A DNA stretch of 34,218 nt from the IMG/VR virus record IMGVR_UViG_3300006634_000003, positions 1 through 34,218 of that record. One strand, given 5' to 3'. This document shows, piece after piece, positions 8,155-17,930 of the stretch. Each line of letters opens with the position of its first letter. Within the stretch, counting starts at the first letter, position 1. The DNA is from a virus. A program made the position numbers and the translations under genes. The notes under the pieces were generated by a model. That model made no database searches. It saw nothing but the letters and a program-made list of their open reading frames with translations, and was not told where the DNA came from.

Positions 8155-8958
8155 ATGGGGAATAATCATGCTACTATCTATGGGGCTACTCGTTCAGGTG
8201 GATACCTAACAGACGGACTAAGGATGAATGGATCGAATAACTATCTGGGAATTGGTGACACAGAAACAGATATTAAAACAATTGAACTTATTGTACAATG
8301 TTCTTCTGATACAGAATATTTGATTGATTTGAATGGAACTGCAAATATAGATGTATCGAGTGGTATGATCAGAGCAAACAATATAGCAAATCCAACCGTA
8401 TATATTAATGGGGAAGAAAATAGTGCAATAACCGAAGACAAAATAAATCACGTAGTTGTTACAACTGAGACTCCAGTAACGGCATCATCAGTTGAAATTG
8501 GTAAAGTTGGAAGTAATTATGGGAATTTAGTGATATTGCAGGGTGCTCTTGATAGCAGTGCTCTTACACTTACGCAAATCAAATCCAGATTCAACTCACT
8601 GGCAACCCTACCACTCTACACATTCGATGCCAGCAAGTATCCGACAAGTGACGGCTGGACAGCAAATGTACCATACTCAAGCATGTCTATAACATCTGGT
8701 GAGTTCTCATTTACAGATAATGGTCAATTGCAATGCGACAGTGCAGGTTCATTTTCACTTCGCAATTCACATCCCTTCGATGCTGATGAATACATCAAAC
8801 TGACAATCAACGGTACTGAATATGCAGGTACAGGTAGCATAACTCAAGGTAATGTTACAGTAGCAATTACTCAGAGCAGTACCAAAATAGATGTTGATAT
8901 GGGTACTAGTGATTTAATTGATGGTATTGACATACAATTCAGAGAACCTGTGGAGTGA
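8155..8958 (+). CDS. LamG-like domain protein 4; begins mid-domain
   Basis: Starts MGNNHATIYGAT..GLRMNGSNNYL..YINGEE..NHVVVT; SD GGTGA 4 nt upstream. Confidence 0.7.
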   Translation: MGNNHATIYGATRSGGYLTDGLRMNGSNNYLGIGDTETDIKTIELIVQCSSDTEYLIDLNGTANIDVSSGMIRANNIANPTVYINGEENSAITEDKINHVVVTTETPVTASSVEIGKVGSNYGNLVILQGALDSSALTLTQIKSRFNSLATLPLYTFDASKYPTSDGWTANVPYSSMSITSGEFSFTDNGQLQCDSAGSFSLRNSHPFDADEYIKLTINGTEYAGTGSITQGNVTVAITQSSTKIDVDMGTSDLIDGIDIQFREPVE

Positions 8959-8962
8959 GAAC

Positions 8963-9499
8963 ATGGTTGACTACGAACTCAAAAAATTTAAGGGAAAGAT
9001 ACTCCTTATGTGTCAGTCCAATGCTAAAGATATAAAAGAACACACAGGCATTACGACACAAAAGATTCAGAAACTTGACGACAAGATACGTCAATTTGAA
9101 AAGAACGATAAAATAAGAAAGGAGATCGTCAATCAAACCAGAAATCATCTAGGTGAACTCCAGAATTTTAATAAAAGGATGGATGAAATGTACGAAGAAA
9201 TGGAGAATTTTGTAAAGAAAATGAGAGAAAAGACTTCCAAACTGGAGACCAATAATTCCAAAACCGATGAAAGAGTCCTTTTCCTTGGTAATCAAATAAA
9301 GAAAGCAAAAGAACAATCCGCAGAAGAGAAAAAAATTCTTGAAAAGCGGATTGATGGGGATTACGCCAGAGTGGTAGAAGAACTACAGGAAATAAAAACC
9401 CTCATCAAGGATATGGAAAGGGAAAATATAAAATGGAGAGAGGGACATCTCCAGACACATGAAGAGAACAAAGGAATTCTAAAGAGGATATTCAAATGA
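8963..9499 (+). CDS. coiled-coil protein (178 aa)
   Basis: Start reassigned from 8918 to ATG 8963 on the basis of SD GGAGTGA; heptad-like K/E-rich sequence. Confidence 0.75.
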   Translation: MVDYELKKFKGKILLMCQSNAKDIKEHTGITTQKIQKLDDKIRQFEKNDKIRKEIVNQTRNHLGELQNFNKRMDEMYEEMENFVKKMREKTSKLETNNSKTDERVLFLGNQIKKAKEQSAEEKKILEKRIDGDYARVVEELQEIKTLIKDMERENIKWREGHLQTHEENKGILKRIFK

Positions 9500-9708
9500 T
9501 AAATTTTGATGTAAACACCGTTGTAATGGTAACTGTTGCTATAAGTGGATGGGCAGTAGCCTTTGGTAAGCACGCATATAATTGGTGGTCTGAAAAGTCC
9601 AAATCTACAAGGGTAAAGATTATTGATGAAATCCAGGAATCTATCAGGGATGGTGTGATTACCAAGGAAGAGGGTTTTGCCATAATCGACGCTGCGACGG
9701 AGAAATAA
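9496..9708 (+). CDS. small single-TM membrane protein (holin-like?)
   Basis: ATGA overlap; N-terminal hydrophobic VVMVTVAISGWAVAFG; C-terminal DGVITKEE. Confidence 0.6.
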   Translation: MINFDVNTVVMVTVAISGWAVAFGKHAYNWWSEKSKSTRVKIIDEIQESIRDGVITKEEGFAIIDAATEK

Positions 9709-9709
9709 A

Positions 9710-10336
9710 ATGGCTGATTATTGTACGGCACAGGATGTAGCAAAATTTATAGGAATAGATGTGGGTGTAGATACTGTTCCGGATACCAGTACAGTAGAAG
9801 AATTTATTGAAGAAAGCGAAGATGAGATTGATTTCTACACCCACCACGCATGGAGAACTGTGAGGAAGGAAAATGAACATTACAACTTTCATGGATTTGT
9901 TGCACAGAGAGAAAGATTTGGAGATTGGTCTGACAGGGCAAGAATTTACCTCAAGAACCGCAATATTCAACAACTCGTCAAGCTCGAAGTCTGGGATGGT
10001 TCTCATTGGGAAGAATTCATCGGGAATTACACCGAAGATCGATATGGAGATTATTGGGTGGACTACGACAGAGGAATTATCCACTTTGCTAACAGATACC
10101 CGTGGAGAATGCGACATTCTATACGAGTGACATACGACTACGGTCTGGACTCCGTGCCTAAAGATATCAAAAGAGCCTGCACATTGCTTACAGCAAGTTA
10201 TATGATACAGCAGGACGACTATTCTGTCCTCTTGCCCGAAGGTACTTCCAACATCCCACCTGTAAATAAAGCCAAGATGTGGGAAGAAAGGGCATACAAA
10301 ATAATGGATAGGCATGTTGAAATTAAATCGTGGTGA
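9710..10336 (+). CDS. head-tail adaptor/connector (SPP1 gp15 / HK97 gp6-like)
   Basis: MADYCTAQDV..IEESEDEIDFYT..IRVTYDYG..VPKDIKRACTLL. Confidence 0.8.
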   Translation: MADYCTAQDVAKFIGIDVGVDTVPDTSTVEEFIEESEDEIDFYTHHAWRTVRKENEHYNFHGFVAQRERFGDWSDRARIYLKNRNIQQLVKLEVWDGSHWEEFIGNYTEDRYGDYWVDYDRGIIHFANRYPWRMRHSIRVTYDYGLDSVPKDIKRACTLLTASYMIQQDDYSVLLPEGTSNIPPVNKAKMWEERAYKIMDRHVEIKSW

Positions 10337-10340
10337 TTAA

Positions 10341-10781
10341 ATGACTTCACCAGATATAGATATTGTAGGAGTCATTCTGGATTTTTTGAATACCAACTGG
10401 AATATAGAAAATTGTCCAAAGCCCATAATCAAGAGGGTTGAAGAAGTCAAACGTATTAATGTAAAAAGTAGTGCTGGATATATCCTGCTCTATGAGAGTT
10501 CCGGACTTCACATTTCCAGAGGCGATGTTCAGTGGGATTCCAGAGATTGGGCAGGTTCCGTATCTGCAGACATTCGTACAGTGAATGGTGTGGATCATGT
10601 AAACCAAATTTATACTGAACTTGACAGACTCTTACTTACCTTGAGGAGGGATGTGACAGGCACGGGATGGCATAAACTTGAGGGTACTGACCGTATGAAT
10701 CTCACTAATAAGGCTGTGGGATTATGGCGGTATGTTGTTGAAATAAAACTTGTTGCACGTAAAAAACTAATAGGAGACTAA
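10341..10781 (+). CDS. putative tail terminator / head-tail joining protein
   Basis: 146 aa, between adaptor and tail tube; SD GGTGA. Confidence 0.55.
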   Translation: MTSPDIDIVGVILDFLNTNWNIENCPKPIIKRVEEVKRINVKSSAGYILLYESSGLHISRGDVQWDSRDWAGSVSADIRTVNGVDHVNQIYTELDRLLLTLRRDVTGTGWHKLEGTDRMNLTNKAVGLWRYVVEIKLVARKKLIGD

Positions 10782-10783
10782 AA

Positions 10784-11800
10784 GTGAGTATATTCAGAAG
10801 TGAGCAATATAGACTTGCTCTAACACCATGTGAAAATGCATTCGGTTATAAAACCGGAACTACAGCATGGGGAGTTGCCGATGGAGCTTATCCGGTTGGA
10901 CTCCTCAAAGGATATGAACCTCCAGACCCCGAAATCGAATGGAAGGATTTCAAACAGATAGGTGTAGCCTCTAGTAGGAACATTGAGACTTTGGTTCAAG
11001 GTCCATTTTCTCTATCCGGCAATATTCCATTCACCATTCAGGATGCCCGTATGATTGCACTGGCATTTGGTTCCGATTCTGTGTCAGGTTCAGCTGATCC
11101 ATATACCCACACAATCAAACCTGCGGACGAACTCCCAAGTTTCGGAGCAGTAGTCTCCAGACTTACATCCGGAGTCGGTAATGATTATAACCGGATTTAT
11201 TCCGGACTCAAAGTTGATCAATTAAGTCTTGCTGCCGAATCTTCCGGAGAGCTCAAAGCTTCGGTTACGGTACAGGGACAGAACGTCACCCAAGACAATG
11301 CTTCCGATGCTCCGGACGTGACTGCCCTTGACGACGAGCCATACTGGTTCTATCAGTCCACCATAACCTTCTGGTCAACAGAAATTGGTAGATTACAATC
11401 CTTCGAAATGACACTTTCCAATAATATTGATGGAAAAAGATACTTCAAGACCGCACCAGTAAATTCGGTTTCTGAACTTCTGGAAGGCGGAAGGCAATTC
11501 TCCCTCAAAGCAGATATCGCAATCGATGATATGACCATATATGATAAACTCATCAATGGCACTAACTTTGATATCTCCCTGTATTTCGAAAGGGCTTCCG
11601 GAGACACCTTAAAGATCAGTTCCGATATTTCCCTTGATATGCAGACCTTAGACGGGGGAGCCAATAACTGTTATATTAGCAAAGCACCACACAGCGTGCC
11701 CGATTCCAATGAAGTGGTCGTACCTGTAGAAATAATCATGAAGAATGCTTATGCAGTAATCGAAAACGATTACGCAACATCATACGTAGCACTCGCATAA
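10784..11800 (+). CDS. major tail tube protein
   Basis: GTG start, SD GGAGA; YTHTIKPADELPSF..YSGLKVDQLSL..QSFEMTLSNN..GGRQFSLKADI; upstream of chaperone and tape measure. Confidence 0.8.
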   Translation: MSIFRSEQYRLALTPCENAFGYKTGTTAWGVADGAYPVGLLKGYEPPDPEIEWKDFKQIGVASSRNIETLVQGPFSLSGNIPFTIQDARMIALAFGSDSVSGSADPYTHTIKPADELPSFGAVVSRLTSGVGNDYNRIYSGLKVDQLSLAAESSGELKASVTVQGQNVTQDNASDAPDVTALDDEPYWFYQSTITFWSTEIGRLQSFEMTLSNNIDGKRYFKTAPVNSVSELLEGGRQFSLKADIAIDDMTIYDKLINGTNFDISLYFERASGDTLKISSDISLDMQTLDGGANNCYISKAPHSVPDSNEVVVPVEIIMKNAYAVIENDYATSYVALA

Positions 11801-11827
11801 ATAAAGTAAAACAAAGTAAGTGATAAT

Positions 11828-12190
11828 ATGAGTGAAGATGTTCAGAAAATGGAAAATGGGATTTTTGCAGATTCCCGTGTCAAGAAAAAACCTTTCTTTT
11901 TTAGAGGAAAGGAGTATGAATTTCAGGTAAAAGAAATTTCCTGGATGGAAAAACAGCGTATTGTATCCAATTGTATGTCTGCCAATAAAAAGGGTATGGG
12001 TATAGATATTGCAAAATACAATAAAGAAATACTCCTGAAAATCCTTGTGGATACTGACGGACTCTTCCGTGTCGATGCCATGGATATTATGAGGCTCTCT
12101 GATGAAATGGGTAATGCCCTCACAGAGCAAATAATCCCCGATGCAGATGATATGGGCGGACTTGACGAGGAAGAGTCAAAAAACTGCTAA
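11828..12190 (+). CDS. tail assembly chaperone (gpG-like)
   Basis: Lies between tube and tape measure; ends over slippery site A AAA AAC. Confidence 0.75.
   Translation: MSEDVQKMENGIFADSRVKKKPFFFRGKEYEFQVKEISWMEKQRIVSNCMSANKKGMGIDIAKYNKEILLKILVDTDGLFRVDAMDIMRLSDEMGNALTEQIIPDADDMGGLDEEESKNC
12178..12184 (+). other. programmed -1 ribosomal frameshift slippery heptamer
   Basis: In-frame tcA AAA AAC tgc taa; the -1 frame reads K-L-L-K-A-M-E-G-E-R into ORF 12196-12387. Confidence 0.75.
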
Positions 12191-12195
12191 AAGCT

Positions 12196-12387
12196 ATGGA
12201 GGGAGAACGTAATGAATTCTCCCATTATATTATTCAATATAATTTAATTACCATGGGTTTTAGAGTAGATGAAATCGAGCGCATGTCCAGTAAGGAAATA
12301 GATATTTATTCTACTATTGGATATCAGCAAAATAAGGATATAAAGAAGCAGACAGAACAACTCAAGGATGTAAACACTGGAGGATAA
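12196..12387 (+). CDS. tail assembly chaperone frameshift extension (gpT-like)
   Basis: In the -1 frame relative to 11828-12190 and open back to the slippery site. Confidence 0.7.
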   Translation: MEGERNEFSHYIIQYNLITMGFRVDEIERMSSKEIDIYSTIGYQQNKDIKKQTEQLKDVNTGG

Positions 12388-12388
12388 T

Positions 12389-13744
12389 ATGTCATTAGAA
12401 GATTTGAATGATGAACTGAAAAAATTGAATTCTCTTTCTAAAGAAGATTTAAAAAACTCCAGTGAGAATGCTCAAGAAAAGAATAAACAAGCCAATGCTG
12501 TAGAAAAACTCACATCCAAATACGAAAAGTATTTCAGGATGATGAATAAATACGTAAGTAAAATTCCTGGATTTGGAAGCGATTCAGGTGGTGAAGCTCC
12601 CCCACCAATAAATACCGGAAATGGTGAAGCCACTGGAGCACCTTCCGGAACACCTGCCAAAACAGATAAGGTAGAAGACAAGAACAAAGACCTGAATCAG
12701 GGTTTGATAAAGCAGGGAGAAATCCTCATGAACGTGAGGGCAAAATGGAAGGAAATGACTGGTGCAGTCATCGGTTCTTTTTATACTCTTGCAAAACTTT
12801 CTCCTCTTTTTGCTTCTTATATCTCGGAATTTGGTGGAGTCCTTGGATATGTCTATGATACAGCAATAATTCCATGGTCTGATGAGATTGAAGGATTACT
12901 TGATAAATTATGGGCAATGGCTGATTGGTTTGATAGCCAATCCGAAACAGTGAAAAAATTTGCTGGTGCAGTAATGATTGCAATTCCAGTCATTACCGGA
13001 ATAGCTGTTGCAGTATCTATATTCTTGGCTACCGTGGGCTCTCTTGCATCCGGTGGAGTAATTTCTGCTGGTATCGGGGCTATAATGGGATTTTTGGGAG
13101 CCATTTCTGTGACTACAGTAGGTATAGTAGCCCTTATTGCAGTCCTTGGATATCTTATAGTTAAATATACTGATTTAGATGAATCATTCGTTAGGTATGT
13201 CAAAAATTGGATTGATAAATTTAAAGAATTCTTTTCTAATGTAAAATCAATTGCAGAATCTATATACAGTATCCTGAAAACTACTTGGGATAAAATGCAT
13301 AACGATACAGAATCCATATGGTATAAAATGTATCAGCCAATCAAAAATTTTGTTGGAAAAGTTAAGGATGCTATTGGTAATCTCATAGATTATATGCCAA
13401 GTTGGTTAATAGGTTCGGATGCTTTTAGTATGAGTAACATAATAGTAAATGCATCTGGTGGTGTGGCAGACTATCTTAGTGATTATGCAGACAGTTATTC
13501 AAATTCTTATGCAACTGGTGGTTCAATCACACAGGATGGAATATATAAACTCCATCAGGGTGAAACTGTAATTCCTGCAAGTCAGAGTTCCAGAAATACC
13601 AACAACACATCAATAACCATTTCGCCCAATGTAACTATAAATGGAAGTATTTCTTCATCCTTGGATATAAGAAAGATTGCAGATGAGATGTCCAGATATT
13701 GGAAAGAAGATATTAAGAAGTACGCAGGAGGTTCTCTTAGATGA
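12389..13744 (+). CDS. tail tape measure protein (451 aa)
   Basis: Helical N-terminus, long Ala/Gly/Ile hydrophobic segment, C-terminal YATGGSITQDGIYKLHQGETVIP motif; follows the chaperones. Confidence 0.8.
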   Translation: MSLEDLNDELKKLNSLSKEDLKNSSENAQEKNKQANAVEKLTSKYEKYFRMMNKYVSKIPGFGSDSGGEAPPPINTGNGEATGAPSGTPAKTDKVEDKNKDLNQGLIKQGEILMNVRAKWKEMTGAVIGSFYTLAKLSPLFASYISEFGGVLGYVYDTAIIPWSDEIEGLLDKLWAMADWFDSQSETVKKFAGAVMIAIPVITGIAVAVSIFLATVGSLASGGVISAGIGAIMGFLGAISVTTVGIVALIAVLGYLIVKYTDLDESFVRYVKNWIDKFKEFFSNVKSIAESIYSILKTTWDKMHNDTESIWYKMYQPIKNFVGKVKDAIGNLIDYMPSWLIGSDAFSMSNIIVNASGGVADYLSDYADSYSNSYATGGSITQDGIYKLHQGETVIPASQSSRNTNNTSITISPNVTINGSISSSLDIRKIADEMSRYWKEDIKKYAGGSLR

Positions 13745-14178
13745 GTAATGGCACATTTCCAGTAGATTTGTGGAACCCAACAGGAACCACAAATTTAAAT
13801 TTGCAGATAGAAAGAGTAGATATAAAATTTACAAGAGAGCCTTTTGAATACAAAAGACAGGAAGTCAGACGTGTAAATGATCGTGGTTTTATGACCACAG
13901 TATTTGTCCTGACTGGCTATTACAGAGGCACAGGAGCTACTCCGGAAGACGCCAAAAACGCCACGGACAACTTTTTGGCTACCATGCAGACCGCTATAAA
14001 GACTTGGTATGACGAAAACGACGGACTATGCCTCTTTCCGTATCGCTGTGGTGATGGAACTCATACCGTGGATGGAAATAATGCTTGGCAGGTAGTAATC
14101 AAAAGTGCAGACTTTGTGGAACATGCTGAATTCAGTAACTTGCTGGAGTACACAATAACTCTGCTGGAGGCACAATGA
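13741..14178 (+). CDS. putative distal tail (Dit-like) protein
   Basis: ATGA overlap; position after TMP; ends LEYTITLLE. Confidence 0.55.
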   Translation: MSNGTFPVDLWNPTGTTNLNLQIERVDIKFTREPFEYKRQEVRRVNDRGFMTTVFVLTGYYRGTGATPEDAKNATDNFLATMQTAIKTWYDENDGLCLFPYRCGDGTHTVDGNNAWQVVIKSADFVEHAEFSNLLEYTITLLEAQ

Positions 14179-16070
14179 GTTATACATTAACAGTAGATGG
14201 TACCTCCTTTGGTGAAGTATATAGATTTTCAGCAAAGAAAGAAAATAATCAGGTCAGTGAAGCCGAAATTGAATGTTATGATTTAGATGCTACACAGGAA
14301 GGCAAAATTGTATACGGTAATTGGGTTGTTCTCAATAATGGCACACGAGACATGTGGAAAGGCATCATCGTTGATTATAAATATGGTGTGGATGGTGATG
14401 TATATCTGCTCAAATGTGAAGGTTTCGAAGTCAAACTCTTCTCCCGTATAAGTTATGACGAAACATCCACTGATGGGAGGATGGAATGGACAAACACATC
14501 TATGAATACAATCATCACTGAACTTATTGATGGGGTAATATCCATAGGTACACTGGATGCAGACCTTCCAGCAATTTCTTTCCGTGCTGAATATGATTCC
14601 ATTCTCGGTGCCCTTTCCGGTCTAGCAAGAATTGCTGGCAAAGACTGGTGGGTTTCCGAATCTGCAGGTATTCTGTATTTTAATATGTCAGACAGAGGTT
14701 CTGCAACTTCCCAGCAAACCTTTACCATGGGTAGTGATTCACACAGGGAAGAAGAAGAACAGAATCTCAATGATGTGTATAATGTATTATATGTCTTGGG
14801 TTATGGAGATGGAATCAATCAATTACGTGGACAAGGATTGGGAGCAGTTACAGACAGAGCCACTTTGAGTGCCGACATAACGGAGACTGATACTTCTTTA
14901 ACTATATCGGACACATCCTTTTTGGGTATTGGAGATACTATTTGGATAGGTAGAGAAAAATGCGAAATTGCAAGTGTGGTTTCTCCTACAGAACTCACCG
15001 TAACCAGAGGTATCAACTCCGATAAGATAAGTCCTTATCCTCATAAATCAGGAATCCTTGTGTACAGTGCTGAATACACGGAGTCCATCCCACAAACATC
15101 CTCATCAATCGACATTAACGGGATTCAGGAAAATCGATATATTGATAGGTCAATTACAGACCAGAATACCATAGATAGACTTGCCGATAAATTAATTCAA
15201 AAATATGAAGATTCCGGAATATCCGGCAAATTTGAATATCTGGGAGATGATTTATCTGCTGATGTGGGTGATGTAATAACCATTGTGGATTATGATGGTT
15301 CATCTACAGAAAGAGTTCTCAAATCTTGGTCATATTCCGAAGAGACTGCAAGTTTTGAAATTGTATATATAAGTAAGGGAGTCTTTGAAGATAAGATTGT
15401 TTCTCTGGAAAAGAATATGGATGTTAACAATCCATACGGTCAGGGTTCCACAAATATTTTCCAGATTCAATCTTACGAAAATTGCGATTCTTCATCGCCC
15501 TTGCACGTACGATTTAGGATACCTGATGATGTTATTGCTATAAATAAAGTATTACTTTCCTTTAAGAGACAGCCCTTTCGTTTGTATTCAAAACAAATAA
15601 CTTCCGATGGTGACCATAACCATAATTCGTATTTTAGTATGGCACCTAAAGGTTCCAGTGATTTTGATCAAGCAAGTGATATTATATATCTAATGGGAGC
15701 AATAGATAGTTATAGTGGTATAATCGTATCTGGTAATGATACTAGTATATCTAAATCAGTTGCCAACGCTACTTCCAATGTTTCCCACACACATCCAATA
15801 CTACTTGGTATAAATAATGACACAGGCTTTTCTACCACTCATGGAGTAATTATAGAAGCTGGAGAAGATGGTAGTGTTACATCTGTTTCTGGTTCTCCAT
15901 TTACAACAGATGAAAATGAAATAAATATACTTTCTCATGTAGGAGAGGCTGGCAAATGGTATGATATAGTATTTACACCAGAACAATATGTTAGTGGTGA
16001 AAATACTTATGATAGGATAATGAGAATAGAAGCCAATGTATATGTGAAATGTTTTATTAGGAGCAATTAA
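14175..16070 (+). CDS. baseplate hub / tail-tip protein (Tal-like) with inserted beta domain
   Basis: Hub-like N-terminal repeats; internal ATLSADITETDTSLTISDTS..IWIGREK..LTVTRG domain common in tail proteins. Confidence 0.65.
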   Translation: MSYTLTVDGTSFGEVYRFSAKKENNQVSEAEIECYDLDATQEGKIVYGNWVVLNNGTRDMWKGIIVDYKYGVDGDVYLLKCEGFEVKLFSRISYDETSTDGRMEWTNTSMNTIITELIDGVISIGTLDADLPAISFRAEYDSILGALSGLARIAGKDWWVSESAGILYFNMSDRGSATSQQTFTMGSDSHREEEEQNLNDVYNVLYVLGYGDGINQLRGQGLGAVTDRATLSADITETDTSLTISDTSFLGIGDTIWIGREKCEIASVVSPTELTVTRGINSDKISPYPHKSGILVYSAEYTESIPQTSSSIDINGIQENRYIDRSITDQNTIDRLADKLIQKYEDSGISGKFEYLGDDLSADVGDVITIVDYDGSSTERVLKSWSYSEETASFEIVYISKGVFEDKIVSLEKNMDVNNPYGQGSTNIFQIQSYENCDSSSPLHVRFRIPDDVIAINKVLLSFKRQPFRLYSKQITSDGDHNHNSYFSMAPKGSSDFDQASDIIYLMGAIDSYSGIIVSGNDTSISKSVANATSNVSHTHPILLGINNDTGFSTTHGVIIEAGEDGSVTSVSGSPFTTDENEINILSHVGEAGKWYDIVFTPEQYVSGENTYDRIMRIEANVYVKCFIRSN

Positions 16071-16071
16071 T

Positions 16072-16419
16072 ATGGCAGTAATACCAAAAAGTAATATAAA
16101 ATTTCCGGATGGTACTTCACTACAGGATGTGTACGATACTATAAATAGCGGTAGCGGTGGTGTCACTGTTTGTACTTCTACTACTAAACCTACATCACCT
16201 TCGGAAGGTGATCTAATTTATGTCACAGATAATGCCGCAGGCAAAGAACTTGAACACTATGATGGAACGGCATGGCAAACAGTAAATGACAATTCCGGGC
16301 TTGTACAGAACCCAATGACTGCTGATTTGGATACAGGTGGCTACAAAATAAAGAATCCGTCTGGTTCAGTTACATTTGAATCAAGTACAGGCGTATTTGT
16401 ATTCCAGAAATCTACATGA
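16072..16419 (+). CDS. small tail-fibre-associated protein
   Basis: TKPTSPSEGDLIYVTD..LEHYDGTAW is a common fibre shaft motif. Confidence 0.6.
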   Translation: MAVIPKSNIKFPDGTSLQDVYDTINSGSGGVTVCTSTTKPTSPSEGDLIYVTDNAAGKELEHYDGTAWQTVNDNSGLVQNPMTADLDTGGYKIKNPSGSVTFESSTGVFVFQKST

Positions 16420-16427
16420 GGTAGCAT

Positions 16428-17921
16428 ATGAGTTACAATGTTAGTATAACTAAAGATACTGATATAGATGAAGCAAATCCCGACACTAATTATGGTTCAG
16501 GTGACCGATTCCATGTTCAGGATTATACAGATAATGAAGAACGAACATTACTTTATTATCCTGTAACATCAATTGATGAATCATCTGGTGTGAAATCCGA
16601 ATTAAAGATGAAACCATCTAATAGAAACTCTACTATCGGTACAGTTACCATATACCAACCAGATAGTTCATGGGATGAATCTACAGTAACATGGAATAAT
16701 AAACCGTCTGTTTCAACTGGTACATTTGGTTTAGAATTCCAAAGTCAAGGGTTGGATAACAGTTTACAATCAGTCGATATAACGCAAATAACATCACGTT
16801 TTTTAGATGGTACATATACAAATAACGGTCTTTATTTTGTATATGAAAGTACTGACCCAAATGATATAGGCTGGTTCTCAAGTGACCAAAGTTCATATAC
16901 ACAGCCATATGTCGAAATAACTGAACATTCTGATTATGGATATAATTATGAGTCACCAACATTTGATGCATACTCCGGTGATGGATTTGGATTTGTATAC
17001 ATAACACTGTATGCATATGTTGACATCGGTTTCACAACACAATCAGGTAATTACCAGACAGAGTTTGATATACGAACTCCTTGGTCATCTACTGTACATA
17101 CTGAATATTTAGATGAAGGCGAAACCGTAACATATACAAATGTCGAAACTGGTTACACTGAGTATTTCAAAGTCGAGTATATGTTTACATCTTACGACAA
17201 TGAAATTGGGTATTTCCCTGTATGTAAGGCATATTGGTATCGTAAATCAGATGATACATATGTTTCAACCGAGAACGGTGATGATGACAACAGTGGCATA
17301 AGTTGGGATTATGCTTATGAAACTATAACTAAGGGTGCATCAGAAGTAGCAGATGGTTCAACCGTTTACATTGATGAAGGAATATACGCAAGTGAAACAA
17401 ATGCATTTCCTGATGGTAAGTCATACAACTTTGAAATCAAAAATGACGCAAGTTACATTGTTGTTTCAGGTGACTCACTTATATCTGGTACAGTTGGTGA
17501 ACCCTTTATGAAAAGTAGTCACACAACTGATATTACTAGGACAGTCATAGACGCTGCACATCCGTTTGCAAATGATGGAACGGTATATAGATTTAATGTA
17601 AATACACAAAATTTTTTTAGTCTGACATTTAGACCAGTTATCGTAAGACCAAATGTTGATACATATGAACTTATATATAGGCATCCAACACAAATCAGTA
17701 TTTCTCCTGAGCCAGAAATGCACTCATTCAACGCTGCTGTGGATGTTAAATCCGGTGATTTATTGGGTATAGTATATTATTCAAATATTTGGTGGGATGA
17801 CGATTGGAGTGATGAAGATTTACGATATATGCTTACTGATTTAACAGAGGATACATTAATAGCGGATTGGAGTCAATTGGGTGGCAAATACATTTCACTA
17901 TCTGCATCCTATGTATACTGA
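16428..17921 (+). CDS. DNRLRE-domain putative receptor-binding / tail adhesin protein
   Basis: TKDTDIDEANPDTNYG..ERTLLYY..WDESTVTWNNKP..VDIT..NNGL..SSDQ..PYVEI matches the DNRLRE pattern; Tyr/Thr/Asp-rich. Confidence 0.75.
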   Translation: MSYNVSITKDTDIDEANPDTNYGSGDRFHVQDYTDNEERTLLYYPVTSIDESSGVKSELKMKPSNRNSTIGTVTIYQPDSSWDESTVTWNNKPSVSTGTFGLEFQSQGLDNSLQSVDITQITSRFLDGTYTNNGLYFVYESTDPNDIGWFSSDQSSYTQPYVEITEHSDYGYNYESPTFDAYSGDGFGFVYITLYAYVDIGFTTQSGNYQTEFDIRTPWSSTVHTEYLDEGETVTYTNVETGYTEYFKVEYMFTSYDNEIGYFPVCKAYWYRKSDDTYVSTENGDDDNSGISWDYAYETITKGASEVADGSTVYIDEGIYASETNAFPDGKSYNFEIKNDASYIVVSGDSLISGTVGEPFMKSSHTTDITRTVIDAAHPFANDGTVYRFNVNTQNFFSLTFRPVIVRPNVDTYELIYRHPTQISISPEPEMHSFNAAVDVKSGDLLGIVYYSNIWWDDDWSDEDLRYMLTDLTEDTLIADWSQLGGKYISLSASYVY

Positions 17922-17930
17922 GGAACAATA

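Noticed and set aside
6050-17921. Diversity-generating retroelement targeting the LamG or DNRLRE adhesins
   Set aside because: No reverse transcriptase and no near-identical template/variable repeat pair differing at adenines were seen in the window.
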